A DNA stretch of 63,585 nucleotides, counting the filler, from Sanchytrium tribonematis (lineage: Eukaryota): NCBI GenBank assembly GCA_018985235.1. It is 6 parts of 6 records of this genome, joined end to end, with 100 filler letters (N's around TTAATTAATTAA, not from the genome) between each part and the next. Parts side by side here need not be neighbours in the genome. Positions count along the whole stretch, not along the records: positions 1 to 10,559 come from JADGIG010000291.1; 5 more parts are not named here. One strand, written 5' to 3'. This document shows, one piece after another, positions 1 through 10,659 of the stretch. The position numbers and the translations under genes were made by a program. The notes beneath the pieces are model-generated. The model did no database searches. It saw only the letters and a program-made list of their open reading frames with translations, and was not told where the DNA came from. Numbering within the stretch: the stretch's first letter is position 1; each line of letters begins with the position of its first letter.

Positions 1-87
1 GGTTCTTTTTTGTTGCTTTTTTCTTCAAAATAAAGAATGTTGGTGTTACCGATGAAATCAAAGTTTCTTTACTGAAAAGGAGGCGTT

Positions 88-360
88 TCATTTCCCATTT
101 ATATTGACATTTCCCAATGAAATTTGATTAATTATTTGTGATGTATTTTTAATAGTACATTGGATATCTAATGATCCTGTTGTACCGAATATAGAATATC
201 CACAGCAATCTGATGGGATAGACTTATATAATATTGGATCTATTAAATGTAAATTGAGTCCTTGAAAAAGATTCAATAGAATTGAGCAGTCTGAGGACAA
301 TCCATACACTTTCGAAAGGATCAACAAGTAGATGCGTAGTACTGAAGTTGTGTCAGACAT
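88..360 (-). pseudogene. Truncated third paralog of the LRR surface-protein family (N-terminal cap only)
   Basis: Signal-like N-terminus and SSDC..L..F.GLN.H..D..L...IP.DCC cap shared with the two neighbouring LRR genes; stops after INGK and the downstream sequence no longer resembles LRRs. Confidence 0.6.
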
Positions 361-608
361 GTAAAAAATAAAAAATTTGGCCTAGACCGTTTCGAAGTAG
401 TTTCTATACGTGATTAGACCACGTCTGATTGGTCAATTTTGTTTTAAAAAGAGTCTCGTAGAACGACATATGCTGAAGCACTGTATTGCTATTCCTGTCT
501 ACAATTTTGATAATTACAAAACTATTGGATTAATTAGACATGAAGGGCACCAATATATGCTACTTGCAGCAAGTATAGTTTTCTATTTATCATTTATTAA
601 TCCGAATG

Positions 609-2635
609 TCATACTTTGACAGAATAATCTGTGGAAGCCAGAATATCACTAGTTTCTTGTTTATCCTTTTTGAATTTGTTTCTCCATCTAAATGGTGTTT
701 TACTCAAGAATATACCAATAATCATGGCATTAATACCAATTTTGATAGTGATAATAGGCGACCATGCGATTGTAAATGGCTGCAGTTGGAATTGAGTGAC
801 TTGTTCATCTAAGGAGTTTGTGGATTCTGATTCCGTAATAATCTCATTTTGAGTGTCAAATACAGATGTTTCTGTTGCCACAATAGTTGTAGATCGTATA
901 TCTAAAGTAGCAATACGTGTGGGACCTAAATAAATAAGAATATACGTTTAATAATGGTTGGAGGAACTGTAGTTGTCTTAAATGGCGTCGTAATTATTTC
1001 AACAGGCTCAAATCCAAATATTCTAGGCTCACATTTACTGCTGTTATATGCCAATGTCTCATTTCCACTCACAAATGTCCCATTTAGATTGCAAAGACTG
1101 TGAAATGTTTTACCAGACACTCCTGGCCCCAATGGATTTTCACTCAAATCGCATTGTTGCAAATTCATCTGATTCGCTATAGACACATCAAATAAGCTAT
1201 TATTTTGTAGCTGTAGTACATAGGGAGCATCAAATGACAAATTGCCACTCAAATAATTATTATTCAAATAATAGTTTTTGCCAGTAAATTGGAAATCAGA
1301 GCAGCCACTCAAGTAATTGTGAGATAAATCCAATGTAGGAATGGAACTCAAATAAGATGGAATAGTCCCTGTGAACCTATTACGTGAGATGTTCAAAACT
1401 TGAGAAGTGTCATACAGCCAATTCGCAACAACTGGAATTTGTTCCCAATAAGGAATCTTGCCAGTCAAATTATTACATGACAAATCAATAATAATCAGTG
1501 TAGATGGTAAATCATACCAAATACTCCCAGATATTTCATTATGGTCCAATTTCAAGGCATAAATGTATTGCGGCAATGATTTTGGATATTTTTTAAATTT
1601 GTTAAAACTTAATCTCAAGTCATTAATGCTCGCATATCCCAAATTAATGTCACCTGATAATTGATTATGTGAAAAATCTACCATAAGAGCCAGTGTCGTA
1701 AATAAATAAGGTATATTTCCAGTAAATGAATTGCCTGAGAAATCAAGAAAATTCATAAAATAAGAACTTGTATTAAAATTCGGGATGCTTCCAGATAATA
1801 AATTATAACTCACATCCACTGCATTTAAATCATTATTCCATTTGGGTGGTAAATGTCCCTCTAATAAATTGTGATCCACTTTTAATTCGTGATTGAAATA
1901 ATCGTAATTTGGAATGGTTCCATTAATCTGATTAAAACTTAAGCACAACGACACGATGGAATTAGTATAATACGCCCCATAAATCATATTTCTACTGGCA
2001 TCAAATGTAAATAATGATTCTGGAAATGTATCAATCATTTTATCAACAATTAAATTATTTCTGATATCCACATTTTCAACAATTGGAGGTAATTTTGGTA
2101 TCTTTGTGAATCTATTGTCATTCAGATATAGATTTGTTATTTTAGAAGGAAAAGAAGCAGGTAAACCACTCATTTGGTTATTATTGAGATATAGTTGGAC
2201 CAAGGAAGAAGGCAGATTTTCTGGAATGGCACCCTGAATTGCATTATTACCCAAATCAAGATAATTGATCTTGTTGGGCAGATCCTCTGGAATATTGCAA
2301 TTTAATATGCCATTTCTAATGAATAAACCAGTAATATTTGGGGGTAGAAATTGACTTAAAATTACCCCGTTGATATTTAATCGTCCTAATGCCAATTCTG
2401 ATATAATTTGGGATGATCCACTTCCTTCACAGAGTATGCTGATATCTCCCACGTCATTTGTGCTTCTAAAGTTACAACAATCTGCAGGAATTTTTTGATA
2501 AAGTACTCGATCAGTCAAATGCATGTTTAAGCCTTGTAAAAACTTCATAATTAATGAACAGTCTGTAGATACACCATATATACTTGTTATTAATGTGAAA
2601 TAAAAGATCAAAATGGATTTCACAGCGTGATTCAT
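609..2635 (-). CDS. Leucine-rich-repeat receptor-like surface protein (signal peptide, LRRs, Thr-rich stalk, TM helix, short tail); exons 2635-946 and 925-609
   Basis: Plant-type LxLxxNxLxGxIP repeats; removing a 20-nt intron joins ORF 926..2635 to ORF 609..881 (PPTIIK-R-PTRIATLDIRS); 2007 nt in frame. Confidence 0.85.
926..945 (-). other. 20-nt spliceosomal intron GTATATTCTTATTTATTTAG
   Basis: GT-AG; removal restores the frame; same position in the paralog. Confidence 0.9.
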
Positions 2636-2730
2636 TGAGAAATTAATTTATTTGGCCTATCTAAAATTACTTTGAAACCACTTCAAAGAATATCTGAAAC
2701 CGAAGCAATCAATTCTTTATTTCTCATTTA

Positions 2731-4824
2731 TTAAGCAGTGAAATCTGTTGTAGCTGTAATATCACTTGTCTCTTGTTTTCTCTTTTTGATCTTCTGTCTC
2801 CATCTAAATGGTGTTTTACTCAAGAATATACCAATAATCATGGCATTTATCCCTACCTTCATTGTGATAATAGGCGACCATGCGATCGAGAATGGTTTTA
2901 ATTCAAATAAGGTAATGTTGGCGTCAAGAGTGCTGGTAGAATCCAAATCTGATAAATTATTCATTTGAGTTTCAATAGTTGATAAATCTGACATAAAAGA
3001 GGTTGTAGATCGTATATCTAGAGTAGCAATACGTGTGGGACCTAAATAAACAAGAAGATACGCTTGATAATGGTTGGTGGAACTGTAGTTGTCTTAAATG
3101 GCGTCGTAATTATTTCAACAAGCTCAAATCCAAATATCCTGGTCTCACATTTACTGCTGTTATATGCCAATGTCTCATTTCCATTTACATATGTCCCATT
3201 TAGATTGCAGAGACTGTGAAATGTTTTACCAGACACTCCTGGCCCCATTGGATTTTCACTCAAATCGCATTGCTGCAATATATCCTGGTATGTCATTGAG
3301 ACATCAAATAGACTATTATTTTGCAAATATAGTATAAGTGGAGCAGAAAATGATAAATTGCCACTTAAATAATTATTATTCAAATAATAATTTCTTCCAG
3401 TAAATTGGAAATTGGTGCACCCACTCAAGTAATTGTGAGATAAATCTAAAGTATTGACAGAATTTAAATACTGTGGGATAGTACCAGTGAATCTATTATG
3501 CGAGATATTCAAAATAATGCGAGGATCTTCATGTAGCCAATCATGAAAGGGTTCCTCCCAATAGGGAATGTTGCCAGTCAAATTGTTGTACGAAAAGTCA
3601 ATCGTGAGGATGGTACTTGGAAACCGGTATTTGATCTGTCCAGTGATCAAATTATGATCCATCATCAAAGTTTGAAGTGTTTCTGGCAATGATTTAGGAA
3701 ACTTCTCAAATTGGTTAAAACTTACTATCAAATGATATAAATTGGAGTACCCTAAATCAATTTCACCAGACAATTGATTATGTGACACGTCTATTTTTTC
3801 AAAATACGGAGCTATTAAAGAGGGAATATTTCCACTTAAATTATTCCATGATAAATCCACCAAATAAACATAGTTGCTAGTATTGACATTTGGAACACTT
3901 CCCGTTATATCAATATTAGTTAAACGTTCCGGCCATGTTTGTGGCAATTCACTCTTTAAATGGTTGTGATCCAATCTTAATTCCCAATACGAATCGGAAA
4001 AATTGACAATACTTTCATTGATCTGGTTATAGCTCAACCAGAGTGATCCAATGGACGTATTTTTTGGTACGGAACCATAAATCAAGTTATTGCTAGCATA
4101 CAAGGAACGCAAAGTGATTGGAAAAACTTGTGTCATTTCATCAAAAATAAAATTATTTCTAATATCTACATTATCAATAAAAATTGGGAATTCTTTTCTG
4201 ATATTCTCATAATAGAAATTGGGTTGAAAATTTGGCATTTTGGTGAATCTGTTGTCATTCAAGTAAAGACCTTCTATATCGGATGGAAAAGAAGTTGGAA
4301 AACCAGTTAAATGATTGTAATGGAGAAATAGCTGATTGATTGGGTTGGGCAATGTGTCTGGAATTGTTCCTTCTAATTGATTGTACTGAAGAAATAACAC
4401 TGTCAGTGATTTTGGAAGAGTTTGAGGAATGGTTCGTAATGCGTTTCCACTTAAATCTAAACTAATTAGAGAGTCTGGAAGGTTACTTGGAATGGTTGCA
4501 ACCACTAATACTGAGCGAGGTTAAATTTGAGGGAAGATATTCCGCTTGTATTGTTCCATTAATTTTGACAATTGCCAATACTAATTCATTGATGATTTGG
4601 GATGATCCACTTCCTTTGCAACCTATTGTAAGGTACCCGTAAGCATCTGTATTATAAAAATTGCAGCAATCTACTGGTATTCTTTGAAAGAGAACTGGAT
4701 CTGTCTGATGCATGTTTAGACCCTTTAAAAAGTTTATAATTAATGGGCAATCAGAGGAGATTCCGAGTACGCGTGTAACCATGGCGAAATATATCACGAA
4801 AACCGAGTTTGGAATGGAGAACAT
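2731..4824 (-). pseudogene. Second LRR receptor-like paralog, frameshifted near 4495; 20-nt intron at 3042-3061
   Basis: ORFs 4483..4887 (likely ATG 4824), 3042..4505 and 2731..2994 align to paralog 1; about 11 nt are missing at SISGC/TIP and an in-frame 5-aa LRR deletion occurs at NIDI/TGSVP. Confidence 0.75.
3042..3061 (-). other. 20-nt spliceosomal intron GTATCTTCTTGTTTATTTAG
   Basis: GT-AG; homologous to intron 926-945; restores the frame to the TM-containing last exon. Confidence 0.9.
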
Positions 4825-5066
4825 TTTGAAAAAAACTTTACTTGGCCTACTGTTTCGATTCCAAAGCACGTCTAGGGAAATGTCCATATGGCTGGACTTG
4901 GGCCACGTGTCTTATACGCTTCGTGGGACCTTTTTTGAAAATATATCGAGTAAAATCTAGTCTAGTAAAGCAATTCTTCCTTATTGGTTTCATTTACTAG
5001 ATGCTCTTTAAATCAAGCACATGCAGTTAACATCTGTTATATAATGAGATATTTGCTATATTCTAA

Positions 5067-5192
5067 ATGCACATGCTTCCAATTGAACAAATAGAAATGC
5101 AGCCTCAGCAACAACAGCAATCGACAAAAAAGAGACATCATTGGGCAAGAGATGCAGGATGGCTTTATTGCTGCTTTAAATGCTGTGACTAA
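5067..5192 (+). CDS. Small Gln-rich protein with Cys-rich tail (CYSTM-like), 41 aa
   Basis: MHMLPIEQIEMQPQQQQQSTKKRHHWARDAGWLYCCFKCCD*, followed by AATAAA; below the ORF-track cutoff. Confidence 0.35.
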   Translation: MHMLPIEQIEMQPQQQQQSTKKRHHWARDAGWLYCCFKCCD

Positions 5193-5628
5193 TCGATTTC
5201 AAAATAAATAATTGCCAAAACTTGCAGTCATCGTGATTTGATATGACAGATCGTGACTCATGATGACATCATGATTTAGTGTCCGATTGTGCGTTGACTA
5301 AAAATTGGATCTTGCGAGTGGGTAATGTTGATTTTAATTTGATATTTATCGATTTGGCAGTTATTAGGTGGTTGAGTGCGTTGGTGGCGGAGCTACATCC
5401 ATCGGTGACGTAGATTTGCCAAAACGCATGAAATATTTGAAATTCACGTATCTACTTAAATAATGGTTGGAATTTCTTAAATTATACATGTTTAGATAGC
5501 TTAAAACTGAATTAGTATGATGTATAATTATAAGTTGGATCGAAAATGACGTATTTTTTCTTGATTTTTAAATTCACGTGTGGGTCGCCAATTACTATTT
5601 AAAGAAACAGTTGCCTCCGACGCAAAAA

Positions 5629-5868
5629 ATGACTAAAGCATGGAATAATCCGGATTACTTTGATCTGCACAAAGTACTCGTGATTCAAGATATTCTAATA
5701 ATTAATTCCAAAAAGAGAAAAAGATGTGAAAAATCCATGGTAATGCGCATTTACAAATGTGATTTCCCATACTGTATGAAGGCATATGGTAAAATTAGCC
5801 ATCTGAATACTCATAGACGCATCAAGTGTCATGGAAATAGAGTCACGAAGAATCAATTTCCTCTTTAA
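5629..5868 (+). CDS. Small C2H2 zinc-finger protein, Con7-like
   Basis: RIYKCDFPYCMKAYGKISHLNTHRRIKCHG resembles the fungal Con7 finger (YKC...C.KAYG.L.HLN.H....HG); start codon uncertain. Confidence 0.6.
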   Translation: MTKAWNNPDYFDLHKVLVIQDILIINSKKRKRCEKSMVMRIYKCDFPYCMKAYGKISHLNTHRRIKCHGNRVTKNQFPL

Positions 5869-5879
5869 ATAAAACTTAT

Positions 5880-8800
5880 TTACTGTCTGTCATATTCTGT
5901 TTCCAAGGCATTTCTTGACTTGGTTCTTCCTCTTGGTCCATCTACATTCAAATTAGATGGGCTTCTAGAACGTGGTACATCGTCTAAATCAATTTGGGAT
6001 TGTCTTCTGGATTTAATCTCAATTTGTGCTTTTTGTGGCATTTTTGAGTTCTTTCTAGATCTAGCATCTTCAATCTCAATTCTAGGTACTTCAATCTGTT
6101 CTAATTGCTCATTAGATTGGTTTGGAGTAGGTTCCTTTAAATTGATGACGGGCATGTCTTCAAATTGTTTAGAAGATCTTCGCTGCTGTGATTCCAAGTT
6201 ACTTGCCTTTCTAGGTCTCATTTCTTCTACATCCAATTGTTTACTGGATCTACGTTGCTGCATCTCCAAATTAGATGCTTTTCTAGTTCTCATTTCTGGT
6301 GTTTTAGGTCGATCTTCCATTTCAATCAATCCCTTGCTAGATCTTCGTTGTGCAATCTCTATATTCGATGCCAATTTAGGCAAATGCTCCAAACTGGCTT
6401 CATCCCGAATGGGCTCCGATGTTTCACTTGGCATTTGAGTGCGTCTTTTTTCAATTGGTAAATTTGGATCCACATCTCCCACCATTGAAGCCGTTTTCAC
6501 CTTTGTAATTCTCTTTTCTTCCCGTTCTAATACCTTGTCTTCTACTACTTGTTTTCTAAATAGAATATTAGCAGCATAATGCATTGCAATAAATGCAATA
6601 ATCATGATATAACTCAACAACCACAAAGAAATCCACATGCCATTCAATGAATCTCTACATTATAAATCATTACCTCAATAGACTGCATAGTTGATACTCC
6701 ATCACTTTCATCGTTTGTCCCAAAATCGTACACGTAATCGCATCTCGTGCCAAATTATACTGAGCCACAACCAATGCCAATATTTCAGCAGGCATTTGAT
6801 CTACATTACTCAATATTCTAGATTTACCAGTATCAATGGTCACTGCGAATGAATTGACCCCTTTTGTGACGAGCAAGGTAATATTTGTCATTTTATTTTT
6901 CAACAAATTTGTGTTTGAAATCACTTGATTTGCATTTGATTTCGCAGATTGGATATCCAAATTGATTCTATCAATGCCATTGATGGTGTATTGGATATTG
7001 ACTACTTGTACGTCGATTCTATTGTTGTAATCAGCCACACACATGAGTTGATTTGGAGAGGTAGCAGCTGGTGAATATGTGAATTGGTTCACATCATTTG
7101 TTTTAGAAACATTTGCACTATTCTTGACACTGATTAAGGAACTCGTATCAATTGAGGAAGCCGTGAAATTCAATTGTGAAAAATCCATATTTTGAATATC
7201 TTGCGTGGCATCTGTAATCATACTCGTATTAAACAATTGATCAAATTGGAAATCATCTAATGCACTTGTAAATGACGTGATATTGTATTTAGACATTAAT
7301 TTGTCGTATTGCTTGGTGATGTTTAAATAATCCGTGAAATTGGCTGGCAAATATGGAGTAAACACGGGAGATTCTAAAATTTGATCAAATTTCTTACCTT
7401 GTGAGCACATGTCTACTGTCATTAAACCAGCACTGGCAATATTGGAAATACCAGGATTGACACCCATTTGTTCTAAAATAGGGAATCCATCATTTAATTG
7501 ATCACAGACTTCAGTAATGCCAAATGCGAGTAAATAATGGACAATTGATAATGTCATGGAGATGGCAGCTAATAAAAATAAGCAACTACTTAATGACATG
7601 GCCACACGACGTTGTTTGACTTTAATACACAATAAACTCAAAATAATAATGCCAAAAACAGCCACTAAAAATATAATAATACCAGCATTTCTACCAGTAT
7701 TATATTTTGTGAATTCAGGGGTGTATTTTGCAAATTGAGCATCAATCGGGTCTGATTTATTCAATAATTGAGAAACCATTTGATTCATAGTTGCTTTTAA
7801 TCCAGATCTACCTGTATCAATTTTAGTTGAGAAATCATCAAATTGAGTCTGCAATTTGGTTCTAGCATCTGATAATTTCACTTGCATGTTGCTGGTTAAT
7901 TGTGTAGCTTGTTGACTGAATTTTCCTTTATTTTTTGAAACATCGTTTGAAACAGTGTCCAATCCATCTGGTAATGAACTGGCTGCACTCGTGTCTACAC
8001 CAGCTGGTAGATTGCTAAAAAATGCATTTCTTGGACTCTTTGGTGTGTAATCTACTTGACCCTGATTTGTATTGGCTGAATTGGTGCCATCTAATGCCCT
8101 TAATTTGGTACTGATATTCGTATAATTGGTAGATACATTGGTGGCTGTTGTTTTAATACTCTTGACATTCCCATCAATGTCCATAATCCCATCTGCCACA
8201 TTTCCAATGTAAACATCTGCTTCAATAAATGAAGTATTTAAATTGGAGGATAATACGGTCAAATTGCCTTGCGTTTTATTGATCATCTCATTGATGGTAA
8301 TAGATTTAAACGTGGTGATTTTATTATTTGCAAATCCAGCCATATTGTCCAAAACAGTGGAGAATGTCTGTTTGGTGTCTACAGTGAAATTCATGCCTCC
8401 GACGTACACAGAACCAATAGATCTCACAATACCATCCATAGATTTGTATAAATTGGAACTAGAAACAGCTGTGATAACTGCAAATGCGAGAAATAAGGAG
8501 AATGTTAAAAATAACAATATTTGTGCAGTTGCCTTGTATCTTTCACCAGAATTGGAAAAGAATGCTTTTCGCTTCTTGAATATACAACAAATGGCAAAAC
8601 AAGGTGCCATCAAACAAAATAAACACGCTGAAGCAATAGAAATCACTAAAAAAACACCTGCTTTCGTATATCTAGATCGAATCTTGTCTACACTCACTGA
8701 CCCATTATCTGTAATATCTGAATATGCAACGGGTTTGTTATTACGCGTTGAATTTAAGAATTTACCACCAAGTGCTTCAAAACCAGCAGGTTCATAAGAA

Positions 8801-8919
8801 TCTACCAATGCGTACATTGCAGCAATTTGTTGTTCTGTAAATTGTAGTACGGATCCATCTTCTACACCTCCATCTACTTCTTTAGCAGCGTAAATCAAAA
8901 GCAACCAGAGGGGGTTCAT
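5880..8919 (-). CDS. Prominin-like pentaspan membrane glycoprotein; exons 8919-6674 and 6654-5880
   Basis: Five-TM topology with a Cys-rich first TM junction and two large glycosylated loops; spliced junction CSLLR-DSLNGMWISL fits the prominin C..D.LNG.W motif; 3021 nt in frame. Confidence 0.75.
6655..6673 (-). other. 19-nt spliceosomal intron GTAATGATTTATAATGTAG
   Basis: GT-AG, contains an in-frame stop, removal joins the two ORFs. Confidence 0.88.
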
Positions 8920-9092
8920 TTTTTTACTTTTAGATTTCAAGCCACGTAAATGGGCAATTAAAATGAAATTGATCAATCGCGTTGTTAAATAGTCATTAGG
9001 TTTATCTACCCTATTTTATTATTAGCAGTGATCTGTCATCGTGTCACTCCTTTCTCCTGAAATTACAAAAAACAAACAGCACACGTTACCCC

Positions 9093-9725
9093 ATGTTTTT
9101 CACCTTTGTACTTGCATCACTCGACGCCATTACTCTACATTGCAGAGCAGATAATACAGGATGGATGGATCCATTTACACTTAAAGCCAACAATGGTGGC
9201 CATGTATTTGAATCTGATCATGTTGAGTTGAGATTTCTTTCTTCTTTTGGCGAGAATCCCAAAATTAGCGTGTTTCTTGGATCCAAAGTATCTGAATACA
9301 CAGTGAGACAACGCTTTAAAGATGTATCAATTCAACACCATAGTCAAATGGTGTGGCAAACTGAAAATGGATTGGTTTTAAATGTGAATGAAAACATCAA
9401 GTGTTTTCCAGATAAATTAAAACAATTTCAATTTAATTTGAAATGTGAATTAGGTGATTCTGTCTGGCACTATCATGTTGACAGTATTGTGGGAGTTGTG
9501 CCTTTTGACAACAATATTGATAATTCTTTAGAAATAGTTGGCAAGTATTTTAATCAAGAAATTTATTCATTGACATTTGGAAAAAGTGAAATACAAGTGC
9601 GCTATGAAAATGGTAAATTGAAATTGGATAAGAAAATGCCTGATTTTGACGATAAAAGTGAGCAAATTGAATGTAATGTTGTAAAGATTAAAAGAAGACG
9701 AAAAAGAGGACAGAAAGCAAATTAA
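9093..9725 (+). CDS. Hypothetical, probably secreted protein
   Basis: 210-aa ORF, short hydrophobic N-terminus MFFTFVLAS, stop fused to AATAAA. Confidence 0.65.
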   Translation: MFFTFVLASLDAITLHCRADNTGWMDPFTLKANNGGHVFESDHVELRFLSSFGENPKISVFLGSKVSEYTVRQRFKDVSIQHHSQMVWQTENGLVLNVNENIKCFPDKLKQFQFNLKCELGDSVWHYHVDSIVGVVPFDNNIDNSLEIVGKYFNQEIYSLTFGKSEIQVRYENGKLKLDKKMPDFDDKSEQIECNVVKIKRRRKRGQKAN

Positions 9726-9740
9726 ATAAATGTGAATTTA

Positions 9741-10559
9741 TTACCTCTTTTGTTGTTGAATCAAATCATCCAAGTCTTTTTGCGTGTAATCCAACGCATT
9801 AAATACAAATTGCAATACAAATGATCTAATGATATTTTCAATTTGTGCGCCACTAAATCCATCTGTTTGTGCTGCAATGTAATTTATATGCGTATTAGAG
9901 AGTGCAGAATGATGTAAATCATTATAGAATTGGATTAATTGGCATTTATCTGAATCATTGGGTAAATTAATGAATAATTGCAAATCGATTCTACCGGGTC
10001 GTAAAATGGCAGAATCTAAAATATCAGGACGATTTGTAGTGCCAATGAGTAAAATATGTTGACATTGTTCAACGCCATCCAATTCTGTTAAAAATGTTGT
10101 AATTAAACTATCCATGTGATCATTATCACGTGCTGATAAAATAGCATCAATTTCATCAAATAATAAAATGGATGGACCTGCTAATCGAGCACGATTAAAT
10201 AGAGATTTGATGATTTTATTAGACTCTCCAGAATATGGGCTGATTAATTGAGCGCAATTGGCTGAAAATAATCTGAATTTTAAATGATGGGCAATATATT
10301 TGGCAAATTGGGATTTGGCACATCCAGGTGGACCATGTAATAAGACGCCTTTTAATGGGTGTATATTGAATCTCTTGTATTTGTCTGGATTAAGAAATGG
10401 CTGAAATAAATATTTGTGCAAATCATCTTTAATGTGTTGATATCCGATAATATTGGGTAATTGAATGATTGGGACATGAAATTGAATGTCATTGCGCAAT
10501 ATAGAAGGTCTAAATTGTATTAAAGCATCTTCTAAAGCATGATTTTGTAATAAATTGGA
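9741..10559 (-). CDS. CDC48-family AAA ATPase (AFG2/SPATA5-like), C-terminal AAA domain, 5'-truncated by contig end
   Basis: Walker A GPPGCAKS, Walker B ILLFDEID, SRH TNRPDILDSAILRPGRID. Confidence 0.8.
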   Translation of the reverse strand, partial: SNLLQNHALEDALIQFRPSILRNDIQFHVPIIQLPNIIGYQHIKDDLHKYLFQPFLNPDKYKRFNIHPLKGVLLHGPPGCAKSQFAKYIAHHLKFRLFSANCAQLISPYSGESNKIIKSLFNRARLAGPSILLFDEIDAILSARDNDHMDSLITTFLTELDGVEQCQHILLIGTTNRPDILDSAILRPGRIDLQLFINLPNDSDKCQLIQFYNDLHHSALSNTHINYIAAQTDGFSGAQIENIIRSFVLQFVFNALDYTQKDLDDLIQQQKR

Positions 10560-10659
10560 NNNNNNNNNNNNNNNNNNNNNNNNNNNNNNNNNNNNNNNNN
10601 NNNTTAATTAATTAANNNNNNNNNNNNNNNNNNNNNNNNNNNNNNNNNNNNNNNNNNNN
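10560..10659. other. Artificial contig linker (Ns + TTAATTAATTAA)
   Basis: 100-nt spacer with six-frame stops, repeated identically five times in the window. Confidence 0.97.

Noticed and set aside
4486..4505. 20-nt GT-AG segment as an intron in LRR paralog 2
   Set aside because: Removal gives the wrong frame and it lacks the -6 A; alignment to paralog 1 indicates a deletion
5920..8797. Long antisense ORFs (5920..6438, 8243..8797 and similar elsewhere)
   Set aside because: Shadows of real genes on the opposite strand, with no motifs
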